Shown: positions 7,281-15,515, counted from the stretch's first letter. The stretch: DNA of 34,536 nucleotides from a virus (IMGVR_UViG_3300025652_000245:1-34536); one strand, 5' to 3'. The notes: a model not told the origin generated them from the sequence alone. Translations and numbers: made by a program.

Positions 7281-7760
7281 TTATGGTTTGATTTTTTCCG
7301 CGTATGTTAAAGCAACACCAAGCGCCGCCCACACATCTTTGCTGACACCAAACAACGGCCCAGGCTCTTTCTTTGTTCCTACTTGTGGAGTTTTGCCGCC
7401 GCCAGACGGGTCAAACAGATCAAGAATTGCCTGCCTGATATTTGAATCTTTTGCACGCATTGATCCGCAAAGGTGCATTTTGACTTCTTTGCGATAAATT
7501 AACTCTGGCACTTTATGCCCTGCATCAACCGCCACCTGTATAAATCTGCCAGACCAGACACACGTTTCAAAAACGTCTTTTCCCACTGGCATGCCATAGC
7601 TTGCCACCATCTCAATTGCGCTCTGATGGTGGCCCAACTCTCTGGTCATGTTGAGCATCTTGTAATTGTGGATTTTACCAAAGCTGACCAGCGTTTTGCT
7701 TGTTTCATCATATTCAACAAACGCGCTTTCTGTGTTGCCTGGATCAATCGCAAAGATCAT
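7281..7760 (-). CDS. RuvC-like Holliday junction resolvase
   Basis: IFAIDPG, AIEMVASYGM and DVWAALGVA acidic motifs. Confidence 0.8.
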   Translation of the reverse strand: MIFAIDPGNTESAFVEYDETSKTLVSFGKIHNYKMLNMTRELGHHQSAIEMVASYGMPVGKDVFETCVWSGRFIQVAVDAGHKVPELIYRKEVKMHLCGSMRAKDSNIRQAILDLFDPSGGGKTPQVGTKKEPGPLFGVSKDVWAALGVALTYAEKIKP

Positions 7761-8065
7761 TTGATGACCACCAAACCCAGATTAATCAGCGCAACTAACG
7801 TGCGAACCATTGCGCGCCGCTCGTACCAATCGCGGTGATCTTCAAGCTCTTTGCACGCGCCAATTGTATCAACGGCCCTGTGACAACTGCTGCACCCATA
7901 GGCTGCGCATATATCGTGTGACTTCTTACCCATGCCGCTTGATTCGTTGGATAGGTGACACAGTACGGTTGTGCTGGGGTCATAGTTGCAAACGCCAACA
8001 ATATTGAATGTGCATTCTTGGCCGTTTGCGCTGGCTCTGATTTTCTTGCTTTTGATTGTTTGCAC
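7757..8065 (-). CDS. DUF1364 (YbcO-like) putative nuclease
   Basis: SKKIRASANGQECT...CNYDPSTTVLCH...GMGKKSHD...YGCSSCH. Confidence 0.85.
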   Translation of the reverse strand: MQTIKSKKIRASANGQECTFNIVGVCNYDPSTTVLCHLSNESSGMGKKSHDICAAYGCSSCHRAVDTIGACKELEDHRDWYERRAMVRTLVALINLGLVVIK

Positions 8066-8068
8066 TGT

Positions 8069-8245
8069 TTATTTATCCAGTGTCATGAATATGCGCTTTT
8101 TAGCTGACCCGCCGCCAATGCCGCCACCACAATCAATATCGACACGCACCACAATAACGTCAAACTCTTTTTCAAATTGTCGCATAAAATGCGACAGCCT
8201 ATCTTCTAGCGCTTCTTTTCTGGCCTTGACAACTTCTTTTTTCAT
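8069..8245 (-). CDS. Hypothetical protein
   Basis: GAGGT SD; TATAAT at 8275-8270 upstream. Confidence 0.6.
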   Translation of the reverse strand: MKKEVVKARKEALEDRLSHFMRQFEKEFDVIVVRVDIDCGGGIGGGSAKKRIFMTLDK

Positions 8246-8301
8246 CTGGCGACCTCGCAAGTGGTTGATATTATACCTTAATTTATATTACAACAACACA
8301 G

Positions 8302-8499
8302 TCACGCCTCTGTCAGCACCTTGACATCATAATCACCGCTGCCAGAAACCAGCTTGCCATCCAAAAAAACGCCATAAAAGTTTGACTTAATTGACAACTG
8401 CTCAACAATAATGCCGGTTTCGTATGAATAATCTGATAATAAAACATCAATATCATTTTTTAGTTTTTGTGTTTTTGCTGCTAGTTGTTTCTTTTTCAT
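8302..8499 (-). CDS. Hypothetical protein, 65 aa
   Basis: ATGA-coupled to the NinB-like gene. Confidence 0.6.
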   Translation of the reverse strand: MKKKQLAAKTQKLKNDIDVLLSDYSYETGIIVEQLSIKSNFYGVFLDGKLVSGSGDYDVKVLTEA

Positions 8500-8957
8500 A
8501 ATTTCCCCAATCCGTACAATGACGGGTCTGTGAGTTTATATTTTCCGCCTGCAGAGTTTTGCATGTCGTTTAAAAATTGGCTCATCTGCTTAACATTGAA
8601 TAGGCTTGTTACCTTAACCGCTATTTCTAACATCTGCAATTGTTTTTCGTGGTCAACCTGTGTTTCTATCAATGCCCATAAGGTAGCAAAAACCTCATCT
8701 GCTGGCACCAATATTGGAACGCCCCAGGTGCGCTTGGCAATAGCACGCACCTCAATTGGTGTGTGTTCTTTGCCCTGCTTGGATATGTCATTGCACCAAG
8801 CATGAAACAATCTATTTTGTGACAGTGACCGCTTTTCTTTATATTCGGTAATCTTCACGCACAGCGGATTTTTAGGATTAACAATTGCCGCTGCCACTGC
8901 TGCAGCCGCGTTTGCTCTCTGGTCATCTGTTTTTAATAGCCAGAATTCACCCTGCAC
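8496..8957 (-). CDS. NinB/Orf-like recombination accessory protein
   Basis: KRSLSQNRLFHAWCNDIS and TSLFNVKQMSQFL motifs. Confidence 0.75.
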   Translation of the reverse strand: MQGEFWLLKTDDQRANAAAAVAAAIVNPKNPLCVKITEYKEKRSLSQNRLFHAWCNDISKQGKEHTPIEVRAIAKRTWGVPILVPADEVFATLWALIETQVDHEKQLQMLEIAVKVTSLFNVKQMSQFLNDMQNSAGGKYKLTDPSLYGLGKL

Positions 8958-9227
8958 TTATATCAACCCCTTTCTTTTGGCCAGCGCAATCATGGCCTGC
9001 TGCATTTCTTTTGCGCCCTCATCCCGGCACGAACGGCAAACAAACTTTGCGCCAGACTGCTGCAGAAACTTCACATAAGAAACCTTTTGACTAACAACGG
9101 CACCGCAGTTTTCCCTGGTGCAAGTCATATCAACCCAGGTGTGGGCGTTTTTCTTACCAATGCGCCAATAGTCGCGCGTTATCTTTGGATGTAGATTTTC
9201 AATTTTTGGTTCGTATACTGCTCTCAT
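8958..9227 (-). CDS. Hypothetical Zn-finger protein
   Basis: CTRENC...CRSC. Confidence 0.65.
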   Translation of the reverse strand: MRAVYEPKIENLHPKITRDYWRIGKKNAHTWVDMTCTRENCGAVVSQKVSYVKFLQQSGAKFVCRSCRDEGAKEMQQAMIALAKRKGLI

Positions 9228-9229
9228 TA

Positions 9230-9436
9230 TCACCACCCTTTATTTTTCAGCATTATTGTATGAATCTGAGCATCCACCATCACCGCCAGATAATGTGGAA
9301 TCCCCTCTGCTTCTATCGGTGATCGGTAATTCATCCCCGGCATATAAGGTGTCCAAGCCAGAAACCCAACTGTCAAACTTTTGTTGCGGTGTTCGTATAT
9401 CACCGTCTTTTTCTTGGTTGGCCCTGGCTTTTCCAT
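9230..9436 (-). CDS. Hypothetical protein, 68 aa
   Basis: Fits the operon packing. Confidence 0.55.
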   Translation of the reverse strand: MEKPGPTKKKTVIYEHRNKSLTVGFLAWTPYMPGMNYRSPIEAEGIPHYLAVMVDAQIHTIMLKNKGW

Positions 9437-9445
9437 CTTCTCTGC

Positions 9446-10048
9446 TCACTGTTTTGCTTGTGCTATCTCAATAGCTTTATCCAAACACTCCTCAACACAG
9501 TCGCCCATTACATGCTGGCTGACTACTGTGAACAACGTGAAGTAATACGGCTTGTTTGTTTCTTGTGGGTGATTTTCAGAAAAACTGCATTTATTTGCAT
9601 TCATAAATTCAAGATATAAATCAGGGTATTTAGGCTGGTAGGTTGCCTTGGACATATCATGCAAAAGCTCCATCACTGCAGCGGCCTGATGATAAGGTAG
9701 ATAAGCACATAAAACCTCCCTCAGATAATCATTAATTGGCAGCGCCTTCTTACCTTCACCAATGATTGATAAAGCACATCTTAGGCAATTTCCGCATAGC
9801 ATTATATCTTCATCTTCATATTCACAATCAACAACATCAACGCCCCCTACCCCGCATTCGCTGCAGCTTGTCCTTGTCCATGAGTCATTCCCAATCAATT
9901 TATCTACAGTGTCAGGATCTGGGTTCTCCCCCAACTTGCACAGCTTGATTAATATCGCATCTTTGTCTGGCATTGCTTTATCGCTATATTGCGTTGCCCA
10001 TGAATCAGCCACTGTGTTTGCCAATATCTGCCTTGTAATTAATCGCAT
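9446..10048 (-). CDS. Hypothetical protein, 200 aa, central CxxC...CxxC
   Basis: GAGGA SD; CSEC...LCGNC. Confidence 0.75.
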   Translation of the reverse strand: MRLITRQILANTVADSWATQYSDKAMPDKDAILIKLCKLGENPDPDTVDKLIGNDSWTRTSCSECGVGGVDVVDCEYEDEDIMLCGNCLRCALSIIGEGKKALPINDYLREVLCAYLPYHQAAAVMELLHDMSKATYQPKYPDLYLEFMNANKCSFSENHPQETNKPYYFTLFTVVSQHVMGDCVEECLDKAIEIAQAKQ

Positions 10049-10062
10049 TTTTTTATCCTCGT

Positions 10063-10347
10063 TTATTTTCTACCGTTGAATTTTGCTGTTATATAATAAT
10101 AATCGTTGTGATTTGGCACTCTCGCTAAATGCTCCCATAATTCAGGCTTAAACTCTGCATCTTTAGCAATCGTATATGTTCTAAATGCCGCACAAGCAAG
10201 CTGATCACTTGCGCACCGCTGCCTATGTTCACATTGGCGACAAGGTGCAACGGTGTCTAGCCTTCCAGCATAATCTGCTGAATCTGGCTCCCTTGCTGGC
10301 CAGCATTCATTTGCTTTTAATCCTCGATCAAGGGCGGTCATCTTCAA
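10063..10347 (-). CDS. Four-Cys protein, paralog of 10344-10628
   Basis: PCRQCEHRQRCASDQLACAAF...PELW...RVP. Confidence 0.75.
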   Translation of the reverse strand: MKMTALDRGLKANECWPAREPDSADYAGRLDTVAPCRQCEHRQRCASDQLACAAFRTYTIAKDAEFKPELWEHLARVPNHNDYYYITAKFNGRK

Positions 10348-10628
10348 CGAATACGCCCCCGCCGATTACCCCAAATATAATCAAAGATTCTTTTTGTTGG
10401 GTTGCGCGGCTCATTCATCCACAGTTCCGGGTTATCTGCAGCCCCAGGCTTGTTGGTATAAGACAAAAAAGCCTCACACGCAATGTCATCAGATATGCAG
10501 CCAGCCCGCTTATGGCAGTCGGTGCAAGGAATCTTGTGCTTGCTTGCCTTGCAACCTTCTGTGTCAGGCTTTCTTGGCTGCTGCATATCCTTTGACCTGA
10601 TTGGCACGTCCATTTTTGTGAACTTCAT
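10344..10628 (-). CDS. Four-Cys protein, paralog of 10063-10347
   Basis: PCTDCHKRAGCISDDIACEAF...PELW...RNP. Confidence 0.75.
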   Translation of the reverse strand: MKFTKMDVPIRSKDMQQPRKPDTEGCKASKHKIPCTDCHKRAGCISDDIACEAFLSYTNKPGAADNPELWMNEPRNPTKRIFDYIWGNRRGRIR

Positions 10629-10891
10629 GCAGGCTTGCTGCCTAGTATGCCGCTTTCACTGAACTCATCAAGCCCAATCAGAACACCAGGGCAAGATTCT
10701 GCCATTTCTCTGATCTGTGCCTGCATCAATAATGCCTTGATGGTATCGGCCCTGCGTGCTTGGTTTTCGATTTCTTTGTCATACGCTGGCCCGCTGTAGC
10801 TTCTGCGGTTGTCTTTATCAAACACCGCAATATTGCTTTTGTCCGTTGCAGCTCTCAACGCTTCTTTCATTGTTTTAATTGTTGGCATCAT
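10625..10891 (-). CDS. Hypothetical protein, 88 aa
   Basis: ATGA-coupled on both sides. Confidence 0.65.
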   Translation of the reverse strand: MMPTIKTMKEALRAATDKSNIAVFDKDNRRSYSGPAYDKEIENQARRADTIKALLMQAQIREMAESCPGVLIGLDEFSESGILGSKPA

Positions 10892-11076
10892 CCCGCCACC
10901 ACTGATATTCCGGTTCTTTTATTGTCCGGTGATGTTGGCATCCTTCTGGCCACATAAACTTTCCCCCGGCTGTCTAAAAAATCTCGTGAATCCTTATGCT
11001 CTAAAATAGATAAAACATACACATTGTTGCGCCCTGTATGCCTGTTTCTAGTTGATGCAAGTGCTTTCTTTTTCAT
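10888..11076 (-). CDS. Hypothetical basic protein, 62 aa
   Basis: ATGA-coupled on both sides. Confidence 0.6.
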   Translation of the reverse strand: MKKKALASTRNRHTGRNNVYVLSILEHKDSRDFLDSRGKVYVARRMPTSPDNKRTGISVVAG

Positions 11077-11525
11077 ATCACGATTCCCTTTAATTTTTGT
11101 AATTCTGAACGGCTAAAATCTTTGCTTGCTGGTAATTCTGGTAATGCTTTTGACTTGTCAAATATCTGATGACACGCCTTGACGGTGTTTGCTTCTTTGA
11201 TGGCTGCAACGCATCTGGATATATTAAGCACCCCCCAATAATTTTCTGCTGTTGCGTGTTGCACCTTGATCCACTCACACGCCTTGTTGATTTGCTCTCT
11301 GTTGTATTTGCCAACCTCTATGCAGTTATCGCGCTTGCAGTCATCTTCTGCCTCTCTGCTTGGCATCTGGCGGTAATACTCGGCCTGATAAATAATACTC
11401 AACCTATAAAAAAAGTAAGCAGTATTATCTTTTTCTTCAGGGCTAAAAATCCGTTGCGGTTTCTGGGTTGCTGGTGTCGGCGAATCGTTGCGCGGCTTTG
11501 TCAGCAGTGTTTTGATACTTTCCAT
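11073..11525 (-). CDS. Putative helicase loader (lambda P-like position)
   Basis: Overlaps the initiator 3' end; FYRLSIIY...REQINKAC...ALPELP resembles replication P proteins. Confidence 0.5.
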   Translation of the reverse strand: MESIKTLLTKPRNDSPTPATQKPQRIFSPEEKDNTAYFFYRLSIIYQAEYYRQMPSREAEDDCKRDNCIEVGKYNREQINKACEWIKVQHATAENYWGVLNISRCVAAIKEANTVKACHQIFDKSKALPELPASKDFSRSELQKLKGIVI

Positions 11526-12210
11526 TTTTCGGCCCCTGTTTCATTTTTGCATGTAATACCGCAAATTGTTTGCGCAGCTTTTTAATGCTCAATATATTTG
11601 TTTGCCAAAAGTCATCATCATTTGCCCAACAAAACACATCGTAAATTTCTTGATGTGTGTGCTTGTCCTGCTCTCTCATCAATCTGATGTCATCTGCCCA
11701 TTGATCAAGGTTGGGCAATGTCTTTGGTGCTATGCCCTGTATTCTTGAACATATTGCACCGGCCAAAGTATAATCTGCTGGGGTATATTTTGCATCAACT
11801 TTTTTTGCTGGTAGCTTCTTTTCTAGTGGCTTAGGCGGTTTTGACCAGTCAAGATTTGATAGCGTTTTCTTAATCTGCGGGTTTTGTGATGTCGCATTGT
11901 CAAGCCTGTCTGCCAGCTTCATGCAGGTGATCTTGTTATCAACGCACTCAAATAGTCCCAGGTTGACCATTTCAATCATAATGGCTTCAACTTTGAGCGT
12001 GTCTATTTTCAGCAGATAACCAAGCACCTCTGCATCATGCTTTAACTCAAAAGTGATGTTATCAGGTGCAACCCTGGCAGCAATCAACTCCAAGCAATAC
12101 CAATATAACGCATACCCCTCTGCGCCGTATTTCATCAGAATCTTTTGCACCTTGTCATCAGTGTGGGCATTTGAGTCGTGTTTAAACCACTTGATAAGAC
12201 AACTCCTCAA
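11443..12210 (-). CDS. Phage replication initiator (DUF4373/Lin1244-like N-terminus, O-like C-terminus)
   Basis: KWFKHDSNAHTDDK...YGAEGYALYWYCLE; WADDIRLMREQD...FWQTNILS.KLRKQF. Start ambiguous (TTG 12210 or ATC 12195). Confidence 0.85.
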   Translation of the reverse strand: MRSCLIKWFKHDSNAHTDDKVQKILMKYGAEGYALYWYCLELIAARVAPDNITFELKHDAEVLGYLLKIDTLKVEAIMIEMVNLGLFECVDNKITCMKLADRLDNATSQNPQIKKTLSNLDWSKPPKPLEKKLPAKKVDAKYTPADYTLAGAICSRIQGIAPKTLPNLDQWADDIRLMREQDKHTHQEIYDVFCWANDDDFWQTNILSIKKLRKQFAVLHAKMKQGPKNGKYQNTADKAAQRFADTSNPETATDF

Positions 12211-12271
12211 GGAGCTTGGCCCCTTTGCTGCGATTGCAAGAGATGCAAGTCGTGCATTTAAACCACTTCAT
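12182..12271 (-). pseudogene. 29-aa mini-ORF: copy of the initiator start fused to an HNH-like C-terminal remnant
   Basis: MKWFKCTTCISCNRSKGAKLLEELSYQVV; CxxCNxxKG matches the HNH C-terminal motif. Confidence 0.55.
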
Positions 12272-12582
12272 ACTGCAGCCTCGTCAGTATGATGACTGCA
12301 GGCCCGCTGCCTAGTTTCAAAAAATCCATCATGGCAAGGGTAATCATTCATAAACTTGCGGGCATAATGTGAAATCCAGCCATCGTCTATTTTGAATTCG
12401 CTGCTGTTATCTTCAATCTGAGTGTACCAACGGATTCTGTGAAATATGCTTTTAGCAGAAAAATACGGCCTTTTGGATGCTGCCTCCAAAGCAAACCTGA
12501 CAAAAACATCGTATATTTCTGGATGTTCTGCGCAATGCTTTTCAAAGTTTTCTGCCGTCCATTTTCCTTTTGCCGTACTCAT
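12268..12582 (-). CDS. Conserved phage hypothetical protein, 104 aa
   Basis: HPEIYDVFVRFA...SAKSIFHRIRW...FKIDD...YARKF. Confidence 0.8.
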   Translation of the reverse strand: MSTAKGKWTAENFEKHCAEHPEIYDVFVRFALEAASKRPYFSAKSIFHRIRWYTQIEDNSSEFKIDDGWISHYARKFMNDYPCHDGFFETRQRACSHHTDEAAV

Positions 12583-12665
12583 AAGGCAATCAACAAAAGA
12601 ATTGCCATGCCAAACAACACACCATAAAAGATGCGGCCTATTGATAAATCGCTTGATCTACACAT
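12579..12665 (-). CDS. 28-aa membrane peptide (not in ORF track)
   Basis: MCRSSDLSIGRIFYGVLFGMAILLLIAL; GGAG SD, overlaps the start of the next gene. Confidence 0.5.
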   Translation of the reverse strand: MCRSSDLSIGRIFYGVLFGMAILLLIAL

Positions 12666-12698
12666 AATTATTCTCCATCACTTAACTTGTTGGCCTTC

Positions 12699-12728
12699 AG
12701 CATAGGGTCAAACAGAACATCTTGTCAA
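12699..12728 (-). promoter_or_regulatory. Leftward sigma70 promoter (replication operon)
   Basis: TTGACA, 18 nt, TATGCT. Confidence 0.7.
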
Positions 12729-12770
12729 CAAACCTTTTCAATTATTTTGTTCTGCCCTTATAGGTTTATA

Positions 12771-12842
12771 TCTATTCTTATCTAATCTAATCTAATCTAA
12801 TCTGCTTTAAGTTTCTTAAAGTTTCTTAAAGTTATTTAAAGT
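12771..12842. repeat. Putative replication origin: 5-mer and 10-mer tandem repeats
   Basis: TCTAT TCTTA (TCTAA)4, then TTAAGTTTCT TAAAGTTTCT TAAAGTTATT TAAAGT; very AT-rich. Confidence 0.65.
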
Positions 12843-12888
12843 GAAATAGCTTTTATTGGTATTATTTTGATAAAACTGTAAATAGTTG

Positions 12889-12917
12889 TTGATTTCCTGT
12901 TTGCGTGTGCCTATTAT
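12889..12917 (+). promoter_or_regulatory. Rightward sigma70 promoter (early operon)
   Basis: TTGATT, 17 nt, TATTAT, A-rich upstream. Confidence 0.65.
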
Positions 12918-12948
12918 AGAGACATCAAATACATGCGAGGCAAACAAA

Positions 12949-13416
12949 ATGAAAGACTTGGTAGAAAAACTTTACAACATGGCAGGCAGTGATTGGGATG
13001 GTGATTTTTTAGCATTAGATGATGCGGCCAAAGACTTTGCTACTAAAGAATATTTGACGGGCGAAGGGTCTGATTTGCTAGAAGAAATTTTCCCTGAATG
13101 CTGTTTGGGTGCAGAAAAACTTTTGTTAAGCCTAATGTATGACCGCCCCTATACTTTCGGCCTTGTTGTTTCTGCCCTGTTAAAAGCAGAGCCAACCGAT
13201 GTGACCGCCGCCCTATCATCTGAAGCGACCACGCTAGATGATCAAGCAAAGCTGGCGGCATTTGTATACAGCAACGATGCAAAGCAATTTGCCGAAACCT
13301 TTACTCATCTTGTTTATCGGTATGTTGAGGATATTTTGCGCGATGGTTGCGCCGATTGGTTTAATGAAATTCATGCAGAATACTGCGAAAATCAATGTTC
13401 TTATAGTGAGGAATAA
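12949..13416 (+). CDS. Acidic hypothetical protein, 155 aa
   Basis: GAGG SD before ATG 12949; D/E-rich. Confidence 0.8.
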   Translation: MKDLVEKLYNMAGSDWDGDFLALDDAAKDFATKEYLTGEGSDLLEEIFPECCLGAEKLLLSLMYDRPYTFGLVVSALLKAEPTDVTAALSSEATTLDDQAKLAAFVYSNDAKQFAETFTHLVYRYVEDILRDGCADWFNEIHAEYCENQCSYSEE

Positions 13417-13419
13417 AAA

Positions 13420-14166
13420 ATGGACAATAAAGATATTCAAGAAATACTCAAAAAGCACCAACTCTATCTCAATAATGATGACGGCGGCCAGCACGCCAAC
13501 TTGGTGTGTGCCGACTTAAGGTGTGCCGACTTAAGGTGTGCCAACTTGAGGGGTGTCAACTTGAGGGGTGCCAACTTGAGGGATGCCAGATTGAGGGATG
13601 CCAACTTGGTGGGTGCCAACCTGGGGGATGCCAGCTTGGTTGGTGCCAACTTAGTGGGTGCCGACTTGAGTGGTGCCGACTTAAGGTGTGCCGACTTGAG
13701 TGGTGCCGACTTGTGGGGTGCAAACTTGGGTGGTGCCGACTTTGGGGGAGCCTACTTGAGTGGTGCCAACTTGAGGGGTGTCAACTTGGGTGGTGCCAAC
13801 TTGAGTGGTGCCAGATTGAGGGATGCCAACTTGGTGGATGCCGACCTAAGGTGTGCCGACTTGGTGGGTGCCAACTTGGTGGGTGCCGACTTAGTGGGTG
13901 CCGACTTGTGGGGTGTCAATGGCAATCTTGAGTATATTAAATCAATTTTCATCGAAACCTACCCTATCACCTATACAGCAGACGTTCTGCAAATTGGTTG
14001 TGAGCAGCATCCTATAGGCGACTGGTGGGGTTTTGGTGATGCAAAAATTTTAGAAATGGATGGAAAAAAAGCACTTGATTTCTGGGCGAAGTGGAAAAAC
14101 CAAATAAAAGCCATGATTGAGTTATCGCCTGCTAAACCGACACTGACCAATAAAAACGAGGAATAA
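13420..14166 (+). CDS. Pentapeptide repeat protein
   Basis: Tandem A(D/N)Lxx repeats (15-bp DNA period, about 13494-13920) and a C-terminal LQIGCEQH..DW domain. Confidence 0.95.
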   Translation: MDNKDIQEILKKHQLYLNNDDGGQHANLVCADLRCADLRCANLRGVNLRGANLRDARLRDANLVGANLGDASLVGANLVGADLSGADLRCADLSGADLWGANLGGADFGGAYLSGANLRGVNLGGANLSGARLRDANLVDADLRCADLVGANLVGADLVGADLWGVNGNLEYIKSIFIETYPITYTADVLQIGCEQHPIGDWWGFGDAKILEMDGKKALDFWAKWKNQIKAMIELSPAKPTLTNKNEE

Positions 14167-14170
14167 AAAA

Positions 14171-14389
14171 ATGTTATATGAAAAAAGTATCAAAGCAATG
14201 CACAAGGCGGGGCGTTTACGCGCTACCGCTACCACAAAACTGCATATGCAGATTGTTAAAAAATATTATGAGTTGGCAAATAATGTTTGTTTTGAAGAAA
14301 AGCCGCCAATCTATTTAGTGCAGGCAGCATACAATGACGGGCTGCGCGGATTACAGCAGCCATCAATCTATGTGGCAGAAGGGCTTTAA
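14171..14389 (+). CDS. Hypothetical protein, 72 aa
   Basis: GAGGA SD. Confidence 0.7.
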   Translation: MLYEKSIKAMHKAGRLRATATTKLHMQIVKKYYELANNVCFEEKPPIYLVQAAYNDGLRGLQQPSIYVAEGL

Positions 14390-14390
14390 G

Positions 14391-14657
14391 GTGTACACGC
14401 CCGACCACATCAACACAAAAAATAAGTTTTCTGGCGGCCTGACATCTGCAGGGTGGATGCCAAAAAATAAGATCAATCCTTTTGTTGTGTTGTTTGAATC
14501 TATGGCTTCACAGCTTGGTAGTAAAAACAGGGCAATTCAATATCTGCAGATTAGTAACTCACTGGGGGCAGAGTTGCGTGATGGTCATATCAGCGCAAAG
14601 ACGGCACGCAAAATTCTTGATGGTTACAACAGGTTAAAAGCTGAAAATATATCTTGA
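14391..14657 (+). CDS. Hypothetical protein, possible HTH
   Basis: GTG start just after the previous stop; GSKNRAIQYLQISNSLGAELRDG...SAKTARKI is Cro-like. Confidence 0.55.
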   Translation: MYTPDHINTKNKFSGGLTSAGWMPKNKINPFVVLFESMASQLGSKNRAIQYLQISNSLGAELRDGHISAKTARKILDGYNRLKAENIS

Positions 14658-14681
14658 TTTATATATCAAGGCTAGTATTAT
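14653..14681 (+). promoter_or_regulatory. Promoter with overlapping inverted repeat
   Basis: TTGATT, 16 nt, TATTAT; CTTGAT-N6-ATCAAG. Confidence 0.5.
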
Positions 14682-14718
14682 TAAGCTGAATGTTTACAAC
14701 TTATAAAAGGTAAAAAAA

Positions 14719-14892
14719 ATGGATTCACTAAATCAAGAGGCAAACACGCAACGCCGAAAAGCAAGAGAAAAGGCGCGCGTTGATATGCGTGATGATGCGC
14801 CCAACAATCAATACCCTTTCGACTCTGTTGAGTATTGGGCTTATGCTGGCGAAGTGGCAAAAATCAATGATGAATATGCGAGGTCATTATGA
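14719..14892 (+). CDS. Hypothetical protein, 57 aa (not in ORF track)
   Basis: MDSLNQEANTQRRKAREKARVDMRDDAPNNQYPFDSVEYWAYAGEVAKINDEYARSL; AAGGT SD; ATGA-coupled to ERF. Confidence 0.7.
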   Translation: MDSLNQEANTQRRKAREKARVDMRDDAPNNQYPFDSVEYWAYAGEVAKINDEYARSL

Positions 14893-15515
14893 ATACATTA
14901 CAAGAAAGTCTGGCCAACATACAAAATGTGCTGGTAGCACCAAAAGGGCAGCGCAACGATTTTGGCAAATACAACTACAGAAGTTGTGAGGATATTTTAG
15001 AGGCAGTAAAACCCCATTTAGGAAATATTATTCTCACCGTATCAGATGACATTGTTTTAGTTGGTGATCGGTATTATGTGAAAGCAACAGCAACTCTGAC
15101 ACTGAAAGATGAAACGCTTGCTGTTACCGCGTATGCAAGAGAGGCGCTAATTAAAAAGGGAATGGATGAAAGCCAAATAACCGGCGCGGCATCTTCTTAT
15201 GCTAGAAAATACGCACTTAATGGGCTTTTCTGCATTGATGACACAAAAGATGCTGACCATGCGCACCAGGATGCACCATTGCCCCCTGTGGCCGTTGTTA
15301 CGCTTGAACAGGTCAAATCTATAGAGCAAGCAATTAAAATGGCTGACGCGAACACACAGAACGTGCTGGCGGCTTGCGGGGTTGATTCTGTTGGCAATAT
15401 ACCTGCAAGCGTTTATGACAAGGTAATGGGCAAGCTGAAAGCTGCAGCAACGCAATCAGGGCAACCGGCAGCAGGCAGTGATGGAACCTCCACAGGTGAG
15501 TGGGGCAACCAATGA
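14889..15515 (+). CDS. erf: ERF-family ssDNA annealing protein
   Basis: APKGQRNDFGKYNYRSCEDILEAVKP and QITGAASSYARKYALNGLFCIDDTKDAD. Confidence 0.92.
   Translation: MNTLQESLANIQNVLVAPKGQRNDFGKYNYRSCEDILEAVKPHLGNIILTVSDDIVLVGDRYYVKATATLTLKDETLAVTAYAREALIKKGMDESQITGAASSYARKYALNGLFCIDDTKDADHAHQDAPLPPVAVVTLEQVKSIEQAIKMADANTQNVLAACGVDSVGNIPASVYDKVMGKLKAAATQSGQPAAGSDGTSTGEWGNQ

Noticed and set aside
13464-13952. Cys-rich and antisense ORFs over the pentapeptide gene
   Set aside because: Shadow frames kept open by the 15-bp periodicity; no RBS.
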